Origin: a virus
Taxonomy: Duplodnaviria > Caudoviricetes
Length of the DNA stretch: 29,756 nucleotides
Strand: one strand, 5' to 3'
IMG/VR virus record: IMGVR_UViG_3300034118_000003
Span: 1-29,756 of that record
Under the pieces are notes generated by a model. That model did not search any database, had not been told where the DNA came from, and saw nothing but the letters and a program-made list of their open reading frames with translations. The position numbers and the translations under genes were made by a program. The first letter of the stretch is position 1. Every line of letters starts with the position of its first letter. Positions 16,745 through 25,797 of the stretch are shown here, one piece after another.

Positions 16745-19033
16745 TTGGCGCAAGTAACGATCACACAACTCCCCGCCGCCCAGTCGTTGACTGGCACGGA
16801 GTCGGTGCCGATTAGCCAGAACGGGCAGACGGTACAGACGACCGTCGCGGCAATTGCTAATTCGCCAACCCAACAGCAGACGTTCATTACTGTTAACGCC
16901 GAGTCTACGTTACCTAACTCCCGCAGATTGCAGGGTGGTACGGGCGTAGGGCTGACGGATACGGGCGCTCTGGGTACGATCTCAATCATCCTGAACGGGG
17001 CTTCTGGAAGCCTTGAAACGTCCACTAATGGGATGATTGCCAAGACCAGCGGCAATACGGTTGTAGGAAGGACGCTTACAGGCTCTGGAACGGGCGTTGC
17101 GGTCACGAATGGTGATGGGGTGGCAGGTAACCCTGTAATTTCTCTAACGGGCGCTGTAGGCTCTATAAATGGCCTTGCTGGGTCTGGTCTTCTGACCCTT
17201 CAAAACGGCTCAAGCGTTGGCTCAGTACAGATTGCTGGCACGGCTGGCGAGATTGTTGTCACTAATGGCAACGGCCTGTCTGGTAACCCGACGATCAGCT
17301 TAGATGTCACGGGGGTATCGCCGGGAACTTATGGCTCGGGCAGTCAAGTCGCCCAGATTACGGTAGACGCCACAGGCCGTATCACTTCGGCAACAGACGT
17401 TACCGTGACGGCTGTAGCGAATATCCTCGGCGGTAGCCCGAATCAGCTTCTGTATCAGAGCGCTGTAAACACAACTGATTTTGTATCTGCGCCAACGGTT
17501 ACCGACACTTATCTGCGGTGGAATGGCTCAGCCTTTGTCTGGGGTGCACTTGCAGGCGCTGGTACGGTTACTTCGGTAAATGCCTCTGGTGGCACTACAG
17601 GGATGACTTTCTCTGGTGGCCCGATCACCGCAAGCGGAACGCTGACACTGGGTGGCACACTTGCAGTTGCAAATGGCGGCACCGGAGCTAATAGTTTGAC
17701 GGGTTACGTCAAAGGCACTGGGTCAAGCGCTCTAACGGCAAGCGCCACGATCCCGAATACCGACATCACAGGTCTTGGCACGATGTCTACCCAAGCGGCC
17801 TCATCGGTTGCAATCACGGGTGGCGCAATAGATGGCGCGACAATAGGCGGCACGACGCCTGCGGCTGGTACGTTTACGTCGGTCGCAATGACTTCTGGGA
17901 CGATTACCACTCCACCGTCTACTGGCAACGACATCGTCAATAAGACCTACGCCGATTCGATAGCCTCGGGCATCAACTTCCACCAGTCCTGCAAATACGC
18001 AACGACCACAGCGCTGCCTGCGGTTACCTATGCGAACGGCACAGGCGGTGTGGGTGCGACGCTGACTGCAAATGCTAACGGTGCATTGACGGTTGATGGC
18101 TATACGTTCACTTCGCCTGCGGATAACGGTACTCGGATACTGATCAAAAATCAGGCGGCAACGCTTGAGAACGGTGTCTATACGCTATCTCAGGCTGGCG
18201 ATGCTGGATTACCTTTTATTCTGATCCGTGCGACTGACTTTGATACATCAGGAACAGGGGTTGACCAGATCGATCAGGGTGACTTCTTCCTGATTACTTC
18301 GGGTACTGCAAACGCGAATACCTCGTGGGTACAGCAGACACCCCTGCCTATCATTGTAGGCACTACAGGGATCGTCTTCAGCCAGTTCGGTGCGCCGCTG
18401 ACTTACAGCGCAGGCACAGGCTTGAACGAGTCGCCTGCGTACACCTTCAATATTGCGACAACTGGAGTTGGTGCAGCGACTTATGGGTCGGCATCGCAGG
18501 TTCCAGTTATTGGGGTAAATGCTCAAGGGCAGATCACCACCGCGGTCAATACTTCGATTGCGATTGACGCAAACCAGATTACGTCTGGCACGGTTGATTC
18601 GGCGCGTATCAGCGGTTCATATACCGGGATCACTGGGGTTGGTACGCTGACTGCGGGAACTTGGAACGCCACCACGATAGGCGTTGCTTACGGCGGCACA
18701 GGGCTGACTTCCTACGCTGCTGGGGATATTATTTATGCCAGCGGAACAGCGACACTATCTAAGTTAGGGCTAGGCACTAATGGGTATGTGTTGGCAGCAG
18801 GACTTGCGGCACCCGCTTATGTAGCCCAATCGACGCTAGATGTAGGAAATGCGGCGAATGTTACGACCACGGCGGTCACTGCAAACGCTACTTATTACAT
18901 GGCGTTTATGCCAGCCACTTCGGGTAGTAATGGCGTGTGCGTAGATTCCGACATGACGTATAACCCTTCTACTAATACTTTGACAACGGGAACGGTCGTA
19001 GCGACGGCTGGGATCTCTGGAGGTACATTCTAA
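16745..19033 (+). CDS. Long tail fibre protein, 762 aa (TTG start)
   Basis: G/T/S/A-rich; repeats VTNGDG..GNP, GTYGS..V....V...G.IT and xxxGGTG; RILIKNQ...ENGVY...RATDFD domain. Confidence 0.8.
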   Translation: MAQVTITQLPAAQSLTGTESVPISQNGQTVQTTVAAIANSPTQQQTFITVNAESTLPNSRRLQGGTGVGLTDTGALGTISIILNGASGSLETSTNGMIAKTSGNTVVGRTLTGSGTGVAVTNGDGVAGNPVISLTGAVGSINGLAGSGLLTLQNGSSVGSVQIAGTAGEIVVTNGNGLSGNPTISLDVTGVSPGTYGSGSQVAQITVDATGRITSATDVTVTAVANILGGSPNQLLYQSAVNTTDFVSAPTVTDTYLRWNGSAFVWGALAGAGTVTSVNASGGTTGMTFSGGPITASGTLTLGGTLAVANGGTGANSLTGYVKGTGSSALTASATIPNTDITGLGTMSTQAASSVAITGGAIDGATIGGTTPAAGTFTSVAMTSGTITTPPSTGNDIVNKTYADSIASGINFHQSCKYATTTALPAVTYANGTGGVGATLTANANGALTVDGYTFTSPADNGTRILIKNQAATLENGVYTLSQAGDAGLPFILIRATDFDTSGTGVDQIDQGDFFLITSGTANANTSWVQQTPLPIIVGTTGIVFSQFGAPLTYSAGTGLNESPAYTFNIATTGVGAATYGSASQVPVIGVNAQGQITTAVNTSIAIDANQITSGTVDSARISGSYTGITGVGTLTAGTWNATTIGVAYGGTGLTSYAAGDIIYASGTATLSKLGLGTNGYVLAAGLAAPAYVAQSTLDVGNAANVTTTAVTANATYYMAFMPATSGSNGVCVDSDMTYNPSTNTLTTGTVVATAGISGGTF

Positions 19034-19512
19034 TGGCACAGGCAGGCTTTACTCCAATTGTTACTTATCACAGCACAACCGCCTCTGCGGTGCCTACAGC
19101 AGGCAATCTGTCGCCCGGTGAATTAGCGCTGAACATCAACGACATGAAGTTGTACTGTGAGAACTCTTCAGGGGTTGTCACGCTACTAGCTTCTGCGTCT
19201 GGAGCCTCTGGAGATGTTGTAGGCCCTGCTTCGGCGACCGCTGACGCGCTAGTGGCGTTTGACGGAACGACGGGCAAGCTAGTCAAGCAGGCAGCAACTG
19301 TCACGGTGGCGCAAGGCGGGACAGGTCAGACGTCGCTGACATCAAACAACGTCGTTCTAGGTAATGGTACAAGCGCGGTTCAGTTCGTTGCTCCGGGAAC
19401 GAATGGCAACGTGTTGACTTCTAACGGCACGACTTGGACATCTACTGCACCCGCGCCATCGGGTGTATCTAAAGGCCAGTCCATCGCTTTCGCAATGATC
19501 TTCGGACTATAA
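19033..19512 (+). CDS. Tail fibre-associated protein, 159 aa
   Basis: VPTAGNLSPGELALNINDMKLY (Mtd-N-like motif), FDGTTGKLVK, VAQGGTG, GNVLTSNGTTW; coupled start (TAATG). Confidence 0.7.
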   Translation: MAQAGFTPIVTYHSTTASAVPTAGNLSPGELALNINDMKLYCENSSGVVTLLASASGASGDVVGPASATADALVAFDGTTGKLVKQAATVTVAQGGTGQTSLTSNNVVLGNGTSAVQFVAPGTNGNVLTSNGTTWTSTAPAPSGVSKGQSIAFAMIFGL

Positions 19513-19522
19513 GGAGTAAATC

Positions 19523-19900
19523 GTGGCAAATCCAAATATTGTTAACGTCGCCGCTATTTATGGCGAAAATTCTAGTGTTTCACTTACGACTACCGGTGCT
19601 ACCAGTCTTGTGAGCAATGCCGCATCTAGCGGTAAGGTCTACAAGATCAACATGATCATGGTTGCTAACGTAGACGGCACAAACGCTGCGGACATCACCA
19701 TCAACAAGTACAGCGCAGCAGCTTTGGGTGGATCGGCATTCCCAATTGTCTCCACCGTGTCGGTTCCTGCTGATGCGACCCTGATTGTTCTGGACAAGAC
19801 TACAGCGCTTTACTTGAAAGAGAATGAGTCGATTGGAGCCACGGCAGGTTCAGCGAGTGACTTAGTTGTCACGACAAGCTGGGAAGAGATCAATTCGTAG
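19523..19900 (+). CDS. Tail-associated structural protein, 125 aa (GTG start)
   Basis: SD AAGGAG; MANPNIV...VANVDGTNAAD...SVPADATL...SWEEI. Confidence 0.75.
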   Translation: MANPNIVNVAAIYGENSSVSLTTTGATSLVSNAASSGKVYKINMIMVANVDGTNAADITINKYSAAALGGSAFPIVSTVSVPADATLIVLDKTTALYLKENESIGATAGSASDLVVTTSWEEINS

Positions 19901-19911
19901 AGGCAATAGCC

Positions 19912-20838
19912 ATGTCAATACGCTATATAGCAGGGTTTGTCTCCGCGTTTTATAACCCGTTGCAGGTGCCTAATGCGCCTACGATTGGCACGGCTACGTC
20001 TGCTTCCTCAACTTCGGTGTCTGTGACGTTCACCGCACCATCTAATGTGGGTGGTGGAGCCATTACTGGTTATATAGCTACTGCAAGAAGAACATCTGAT
20101 GGCACGACGATTAGTGCAACTGGCTCGTCTTCTCCAATTATCGTTACTGGGCTTACAACAAGTGTTGCATACACTATAACTGTTGTTGCTGTAAATTCAT
20201 TTGGCCCTAGTGCGTCAAGCGTAGCAAGTAATTCTGTAACTCCCATTCCCGCTATTGGTGAGGCTTATGGTGGGGGTTATTACGCTGGACAAATATCAAC
20301 TGCTGGCAATGGTATAGCCGATTTTAACCTTGTGGTTGGCCCTATTGCTTCTGCTTATAACTCATCGCTCCGCTGGAAAATAACTCCGGGTAGCACTTCC
20401 GGTACATCATCGGTTATTGATGGGCCGACAAATAGTTCGAACATGAACGATGCTAGTCATCCAGCCGCTCAATTCTGTGAAGGGCTTACCATTGGTGGGT
20501 TTAGCGATTGGTACATGCCCGCTGTAAATGAATTGGAAATTTGTTACTACAACCTAAAACCAACAGCAGCAACAAACAATACATCTAGCGGAACCAACAC
20601 CAACGCTGTTCCGAGCAGGGGTAGTAATTACACCGGTGGAACACCCGCACAAACCTCTGCGGCTGCGTTCCAATCTCCGAGTGGTGCTGAAAACATGGCT
20701 GGTGGGAGTTATTGGGCTAGTACACAGTCTGCTGCTAGTTACGCTTGGTATCAGCGATTCAGTGATGGTTTTCAAAACCCGAATGGTTATAAAACCAATT
20801 TAATTCGTGTCCGCGCCGTTCGCCGCGTAGCAGTTTAA
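19912..20838 (+). CDS. Receptor-binding protein: fibronectin type III + DUF1566/Lcl-type C-lectin-fold domain
   Basis: FN3: PNAPTIGTA...VTFTAP..GG.AITGY...VTGLT...YTITVVAVN. C-lectin: FC..L.IGGFSDWYMP...EL...YWAST...AW...F..G...VRAVRR. Confidence 0.75.
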   Translation: MSIRYIAGFVSAFYNPLQVPNAPTIGTATSASSTSVSVTFTAPSNVGGGAITGYIATARRTSDGTTISATGSSSPIIVTGLTTSVAYTITVVAVNSFGPSASSVASNSVTPIPAIGEAYGGGYYAGQISTAGNGIADFNLVVGPIASAYNSSLRWKITPGSTSGTSSVIDGPTNSSNMNDASHPAAQFCEGLTIGGFSDWYMPAVNELEICYYNLKPTAATNNTSSGTNTNAVPSRGSNYTGGTPAQTSAAAFQSPSGAENMAGGSYWASTQSAASYAWYQRFSDGFQNPNGYKTNLIRVRAVRRVAV

Positions 20839-20848
20839 GGGAAACATC

Positions 20849-21523
20849 ATGCCGAATTATTCAGGTGTTTGGACTTTACAGCAGCAACTACAGGCGAAGG
20901 CCGCTAACAATTGGCCCGTGCAATTAGTCATTGGTCAGGCTTTCGGCGGAGGGTATTACGCAGGGCAGATAGGGGTAGGGGGCACCGCCACTCACTATAT
21001 TATTGTCGGCCCCGTAGCATCTGCTGAAAATTCCAGTAGGCAATGGAAAAACGCAAGTTCCGCCACTCCGGGTGCGGATAGTGTTATTGATGGCCCACAG
21101 AACACAGCTGATATGGTGGCTGATGGTAGTGCTACTGTTTATCCAGCGGCGCACTTCTGTAATGATTTGGTGATTGGTGGGTTTAGTGACTGGTATATGC
21201 CAGCCAAGAATGAATTAGAAATTTGTTATTACAATTTAAAGCCTACGACATCAGGCAACAATACCTCATCTGGCATAAATGCAAATGCAGTACCAGCTAG
21301 AGCCAGTAATTACACCTCTGGAACTCCCGCGCAGACTTCTGCGGCAGCATTTCAATCTGGCGGGGCTGAGGCTTTTAACTCTATCTCAGGAAATTCTTAT
21401 TGGTCTAGTACGGAAACCTCTACTTTTTATGCAGCGTATCAGGCATTTACTTACGGACAACAGTTTAATGGCGGTAAGACATACACGAAGCGTGTTAGAG
21501 CAATACGCCGAGTAGCAGTTTAA
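20849..21523 (+). CDS. Receptor-binding protein, DUF1566/Lcl-type C-lectin-fold paralogue
   Basis: IGQAFGGGYYAGQI...FCNDLVIGGFSDWYMPAKNELEICYYNLKP...YWSSTE...VRAIRRVAV, clearly homologous to the upstream gene. Confidence 0.75.
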   Translation: MPNYSGVWTLQQQLQAKAANNWPVQLVIGQAFGGGYYAGQIGVGGTATHYIIVGPVASAENSSRQWKNASSATPGADSVIDGPQNTADMVADGSATVYPAAHFCNDLVIGGFSDWYMPAKNELEICYYNLKPTTSGNNTSSGINANAVPARASNYTSGTPAQTSAAAFQSGGAEAFNSISGNSYWSSTETSTFYAAYQAFTYGQQFNGGKTYTKRVRAIRRVAV

Positions 21524-21534
21524 GGAGAATAACG

Positions 21535-21960
21535 ATGCACATCGTAGTCACAGAAGTTGATGCAGCAACCAAGATTCCTTGCACGGTAGAGCCGCAGCGT
21601 ACAGGCCCATCTATGCCTGATGTAAAGGGTTTGAAGATCATTTGGCAAGACAAGTCTACATGGCCTGTAGAGCTTGCCTCCGATGGCACTTACCTCCGTG
21701 CGCCCAAGTATTACGGCACCTGTGATGATGATGCCGACACTACCGTTGCTGGAGTGCTGGAAGTCCTAACAGAAGCCGTCTGGAACGAGCGTAGAGTGGC
21801 AGAGCATGAAGCTACGAAGCCTTACCCGTCATGGATAGGGTACTTAGATACGATGAGTTGGAGCGCCCCTGTAGCCCGTCCTGTAGACGCAATTATGAAC
21901 GGCGGCAATGTGCGGTATCAGTGGGATGAGGCGTCACTTAGCTGGGTTCCACAGGCGTGA
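21535..21960 (+). CDS. Hypothetical tail-associated protein, 141 aa
   Basis: SD AAGGAG; PYPSW...WSAPVARP...YQWDEASLSW motif reminiscent of fibre-assembly proteins. Confidence 0.7.
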   Translation: MHIVVTEVDAATKIPCTVEPQRTGPSMPDVKGLKIIWQDKSTWPVELASDGTYLRAPKYYGTCDDDADTTVAGVLEVLTEAVWNERRVAEHEATKPYPSWIGYLDTMSWSAPVARPVDAIMNGGNVRYQWDEASLSWVPQA

Positions 21961-22778
21961 AAGAGTTTTTCTTCATCTCTGGGCTACCGAGGTCGGGGTC
22001 TACCCTGCTGTCAGCCATTTTGCGTCAGAACCCTGAGTTCTATGCAGACATATCGTCGCCTGTACAGGGATTGGTTGGGTCAACCATTAACGTCATTACA
22101 GGCAGTGAGAGCAACCATTTGATTGATGAAGAGCGTCGTAAGGGCATTCTGAGGTCGTTATTTAATGCTTATTACGAGGCTGTTGAGCCTAAGACGGTGT
22201 TCGACACAAGCCGTGGTTGGACTGCAAAGACAGCCTTACTGAAGGCGCTGTATCCGCAGACGAAGATTATTTGCTGTGTGCGTGATCTGCCTTGGATACT
22301 TGATTCGTTTGAGCGGATAGCCGCCAAGAATACGTTGTACAACGCCACGCTGACTGATGATGAAGCTAGTCAGACAGTCACCACTCGGTGTGATGCGCTG
22401 ATGGATGTAAAAAAGGAAGGTCAGGTTGTGAAGCCGTACTACTTCTTGGAAGAGGGTCTGTTGCTAAACCCAGACATGATTTTCCTGATGGAGTACGAGG
22501 GGCTGTGTAAGAACCCAGAAGAGAGTATGCGTAAGGTGTACGACTTCCTTGGTAAGCCCTACTTTGACCACGACTTCGACAATGTTGAATATGAGAACGA
22601 AGTGTATGACCAAGCCTTGAATATGAAGAGCTTGCATACGGTTCGCAGAAAAGTAACTTGGGAAGAGCGTCCTTCTATTCTGCCAAAGTCCGTTTGGGAC
22701 AAGTACGCTGGCAAAGAGTTCTGGAGGAAAGAAACGCCGGACTTTTCTGTAAAGAGTTTGTATAAAGTTAAAGGATGA
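21957..22778 (+). CDS. PAPS-dependent sulfotransferase (GTG start)
   Basis: 5'-PSB loop FISGLPRSGSTLL; 3'-PB motif KIICCVRDLPWILDSFE; MEYEGLCKNPEESMRKVYDFLG. Confidence 0.88.
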   Translation: MKEFFFISGLPRSGSTLLSAILRQNPEFYADISSPVQGLVGSTINVITGSESNHLIDEERRKGILRSLFNAYYEAVEPKTVFDTSRGWTAKTALLKALYPQTKIICCVRDLPWILDSFERIAAKNTLYNATLTDDEASQTVTTRCDALMDVKKEGQVVKPYYFLEEGLLLNPDMIFLMEYEGLCKNPEESMRKVYDFLGKPYFDHDFDNVEYENEVYDQALNMKSLHTVRRKVTWEERPSILPKSVWDKYAGKEFWRKETPDFSVKSLYKVKG

Positions 22779-23218
22779 AGGTGTTGATTTGTGGTTTGCC
22801 GGGTGCTGGCAAAACAACACTAGCGGATGCTTTGGCGAGGGAGTTGCAGTGTGTTCACTTTAACGCTGACGAGGTTCGCAGAGAAATCAACAAGGATTTG
22901 GGATTTAGCGTTGAGGACAGGCTAGAGCAAGCGCGGCGTATGGGTGTATTGTGTGACATAGCAAGTCGATGGGGTGCGGTAGTAATAGCTGATTTTGTTT
23001 GCCCTACACCAGAAACGAGAGCTGCTTTTGGTGCTGACTTTACGATTTGGGTAGACCGAATCAAAGAGGGTAGGTTTGAGGATACGAACAGGCTGTTTGT
23101 TCCTCCTGAGCGTTACGATGTACGGATTACGGAGAAGTTTGACTCTTGCTTTCCTAGCCATCATGCAGATGAAATTGCAACGCAAATAAGAACAATGCTC
23201 AAACAATTTTTGAATTGA
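22775..23218 (+). CDS. cysC: Adenylylsulfate (APS) kinase, compact form
   Basis: P-loop GLPGAGKTT, NADEVR (DGDxxR equivalent), LGFSVEDRLEQARR, ADFVCP; ATGA overlap with the sulfotransferase. Confidence 0.8.
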   Translation: MKVLICGLPGAGKTTLADALARELQCVHFNADEVRREINKDLGFSVEDRLEQARRMGVLCDIASRWGAVVIADFVCPTPETRAAFGADFTIWVDRIKEGRFEDTNRLFVPPERYDVRITEKFDSCFPSHHADEIATQIRTMLKQFLN

Positions 23219-23227
23219 GGTGTAGCT

Positions 23228-25291
23228 GTGGGAATCTCCAAATGGAATGCTGGAATTATTCGCCCGGTGGCAGTAGCACCTACTGGCCCATATCAGAACA
23301 GTTCTGCTCCCGGCGTATGGACGCTTGATCAACAAGCCTACTGGGATAAGCAGAACCTATGGCCTACTGCTGGGAGTGTAGACCCATCTTTGTTTATAGA
23401 GAATCTTTTCTCGACGTATCTGTACACAGGTAACGGCTCTACACAGACGATCACGAATAACATTGATTTGTCCGGTAAGGGTGGGTTGGTTTGGTTTAAG
23501 GTCAGAAATAAGGCAGATAGCCATTGGTTATACGATACCTCAAGAGGTGTTGGTTATACACTGGAAACAAATAGCACAAATGCATCACGCGCTTTAGATG
23601 GGCTTACTGCTTTTAATTCAAACGGCTTTTCTATTACTCAAAGCTCCACCGCAATAAACGGTTCTGGCGACACTTACGTCTCATGGACATTCCGCGAGCA
23701 AGCCAAGTTCTTTGATGTGGTGACGTATACGGGGGATGGAACTTCTGTTCGCAGCATTTCACATAATCTTGGGTCAACTCCCGGTTTCATTATTGTTAAG
23801 CGTATGGACGCTACCGGTGATTGGTCTTGTTACCACAGAAGTCTTGGCGTTTCAGGTGGTTACATTCGTTTAAACAGTACCGCAGCGGCGAGTGGAACGG
23901 CATTTTCAACACCGATAAATTCAACTGTGTTTTCTATTGAAAGTGGTGCGCCAGCTTCGATGAATGTGAATGGCGGTACCTACGTCGCCTACCTATTCGC
24001 CCACGACGCAGGTGGTTTTGGCCTGACTGGTACGGACAATGTGATTAGCTGTGGGTCGTTTACGACTGATGGCGGCTCAAGTTTTACGGCAGTCAATCTT
24101 GGATATGAACCTCAATGGCTTTTAATAAAAGCCTCGTCTGGAACAAGCAACTGGACGATTGTTGACAATATGCGCGGTATTCCTGTTGGAAGTAACGGGG
24201 CAAGACTGATTGCAAATTTATCTGATGCAGAAACATCTACATTTAGTTGGGCTAATTTAACCGCTACTGGTTTTAGTATGCCTACTGGCGGCACAAACCC
24301 ATATAGCCCTAGCACAACCTACATCTACATCGCCATCCGTCGCGGCCCGATGAAAACGCCGACGAGTGGTACGAGTGTGTTTAGTCCTAATGTGCCAACA
24401 GGCTTTACGCAGTTTACAACAGGTTTTCCAGTTGATTTGGGGATGTGGAACTACACGCCCGGCTATTCTGAAAATACAGTTGTGAATGACCGACTCAGGG
24501 GTGTATCAAGCACAAATTCGGTTACTAACGCAAATAACTTAATTACATCTTCAACTGTTGCTGAACAAGCATCACAAGGCACAAGAAATTGGAACAACAC
24601 GGGGCTTTATGCTGTTACTAGCCAAGCTGTGTTTTACTCTTTTGGTCGCGCTCCCGGCTTCTTTGATATGGTGTGCTATACGGGTACGGGGTCAGCTCAA
24701 ACCCAAAGTCATAACTTAGGCGTTGCTCCTGAGTTACTAATTGTTAAAAGTAGAGATAGTGCTATAAATTGGGTTGTTTGGGCTTCTGCTCCAACACCAC
24801 AACAAAATCAATATGCCCTCAACCTAAACACAGCAGGAACGTGGGGGAGTAGCGGCGATGACATTTGGGGAGCAACATTAACAGGCGCTCCAAACATGAC
24901 ATCCACGACTTTTAGTCTTGGTAGCTATGTGGGTGTTAATGGTTCCGCAAAAACCTACGTTGCTTATTTATTCGCTTCTTGCCCCGGTGTATCCAAAGTA
25001 GGTAGCTATACAGGCACGGGTGCATTACAAACCATTAACTGTGGATTCGCGGCTGGTGCTAGGTTCGTTCTTATCAAGCGGACTGACTCAACGGGTGACT
25101 GGTGGGTGTATGACAGCGCACGAGGAATTACAAGCGGTAACGATCCATACCTGTTCTTGAACTCAACAGCCGCTGAAGTAACGAACACTAACTATGTAGA
25201 CACTGCAAGCACAGGGTTTCAAGTCACGGCAGCAGCACCAGCAGGATTGAATGCTAACGGTGGAACATACATTTTTCTTGCCATCAGTTAA
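23228..25291 (+). CDS. Tail fibre/receptor-binding protein with about six ~100-aa repeats (GTG start)
   Basis: Repeated YTG.G...HNLG..P....K.R....W..YD..RG...L..N.T.A...TY[VI]xxxF units; SD GAGG. Confidence 0.75.
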   Translation: MGISKWNAGIIRPVAVAPTGPYQNSSAPGVWTLDQQAYWDKQNLWPTAGSVDPSLFIENLFSTYLYTGNGSTQTITNNIDLSGKGGLVWFKVRNKADSHWLYDTSRGVGYTLETNSTNASRALDGLTAFNSNGFSITQSSTAINGSGDTYVSWTFREQAKFFDVVTYTGDGTSVRSISHNLGSTPGFIIVKRMDATGDWSCYHRSLGVSGGYIRLNSTAAASGTAFSTPINSTVFSIESGAPASMNVNGGTYVAYLFAHDAGGFGLTGTDNVISCGSFTTDGGSSFTAVNLGYEPQWLLIKASSGTSNWTIVDNMRGIPVGSNGARLIANLSDAETSTFSWANLTATGFSMPTGGTNPYSPSTTYIYIAIRRGPMKTPTSGTSVFSPNVPTGFTQFTTGFPVDLGMWNYTPGYSENTVVNDRLRGVSSTNSVTNANNLITSSTVAEQASQGTRNWNNTGLYAVTSQAVFYSFGRAPGFFDMVCYTGTGSAQTQSHNLGVAPELLIVKSRDSAINWVVWASAPTPQQNQYALNLNTAGTWGSSGDDIWGATLTGAPNMTSTTFSLGSYVGVNGSAKTYVAYLFASCPGVSKVGSYTGTGALQTINCGFAAGARFVLIKRTDSTGDWWVYDSARGITSGNDPYLFLNSTAAEVTNTNYVDTASTGFQVTAAAPAGLNANGGTYIFLAIS

Positions 25292-25305
25292 TCAGAGGAA
25301 ACATC

Positions 25306-25794
25306 ATGGGATACAGAGTAGAAGCAACAGGCGAGTATTTCCCGACAGACCATGCTCTGCGGGATTATTTTTCCGGAAAAGTAAAAGTGCGCCTTCCAAT
25401 TACTTTGGAGTGGATGGAAGCTAACGGCGTTCAGTCAGTGTTTGAAGGCCCACAGGCAACTGGCGGCACTGTTTATCAATACAGTCAGTTTGCAGGCATT
25501 GAGCAGATCGACGGCAAGTGGTACACCAAATACGTTCTAGGCCCAATCTTTACGGACAATGAGAGTGGTACGGCAGCAGAGCAAGAAGCTGCATACAAAG
25601 CGCGTCGGGATGGTGAGCAAGCCACAAATGTTCGCAACGACCGCAACAATAGACTTTCGGAGTCGGACTGGACACAAGTGGAAGATTCTCAAGTCGATAA
25701 AGCTGCATGGGCTACTTACCGGCAAGCGTTGCGTGATGTGCCGACGCAGGTGGGGTTCCCTTGGGACATTACTTGGCCTTCTCAGCCGGAGTAA
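25306..25794 (+). CDS. Tail fibre assembly chaperone
   Basis: RNDRNNRLSESDWTQ...WATYRQALRDVPTQ.GFP..ITWP signature. Confidence 0.85.
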   Translation: MGYRVEATGEYFPTDHALRDYFSGKVKVRLPITLEWMEANGVQSVFEGPQATGGTVYQYSQFAGIEQIDGKWYTKYVLGPIFTDNESGTAAEQEAAYKARRDGEQATNVRNDRNNRLSESDWTQVEDSQVDKAAWATYRQALRDVPTQVGFPWDITWPSQPE

Positions 25795-25797
25795 AAA

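Noticed and set aside
19912-25291. Complete diversity-generating retroelement
   Set aside because: No reverse transcriptase, Avd or AAC-rich template repeat in the window; paralogue differences are not adenine-specific.
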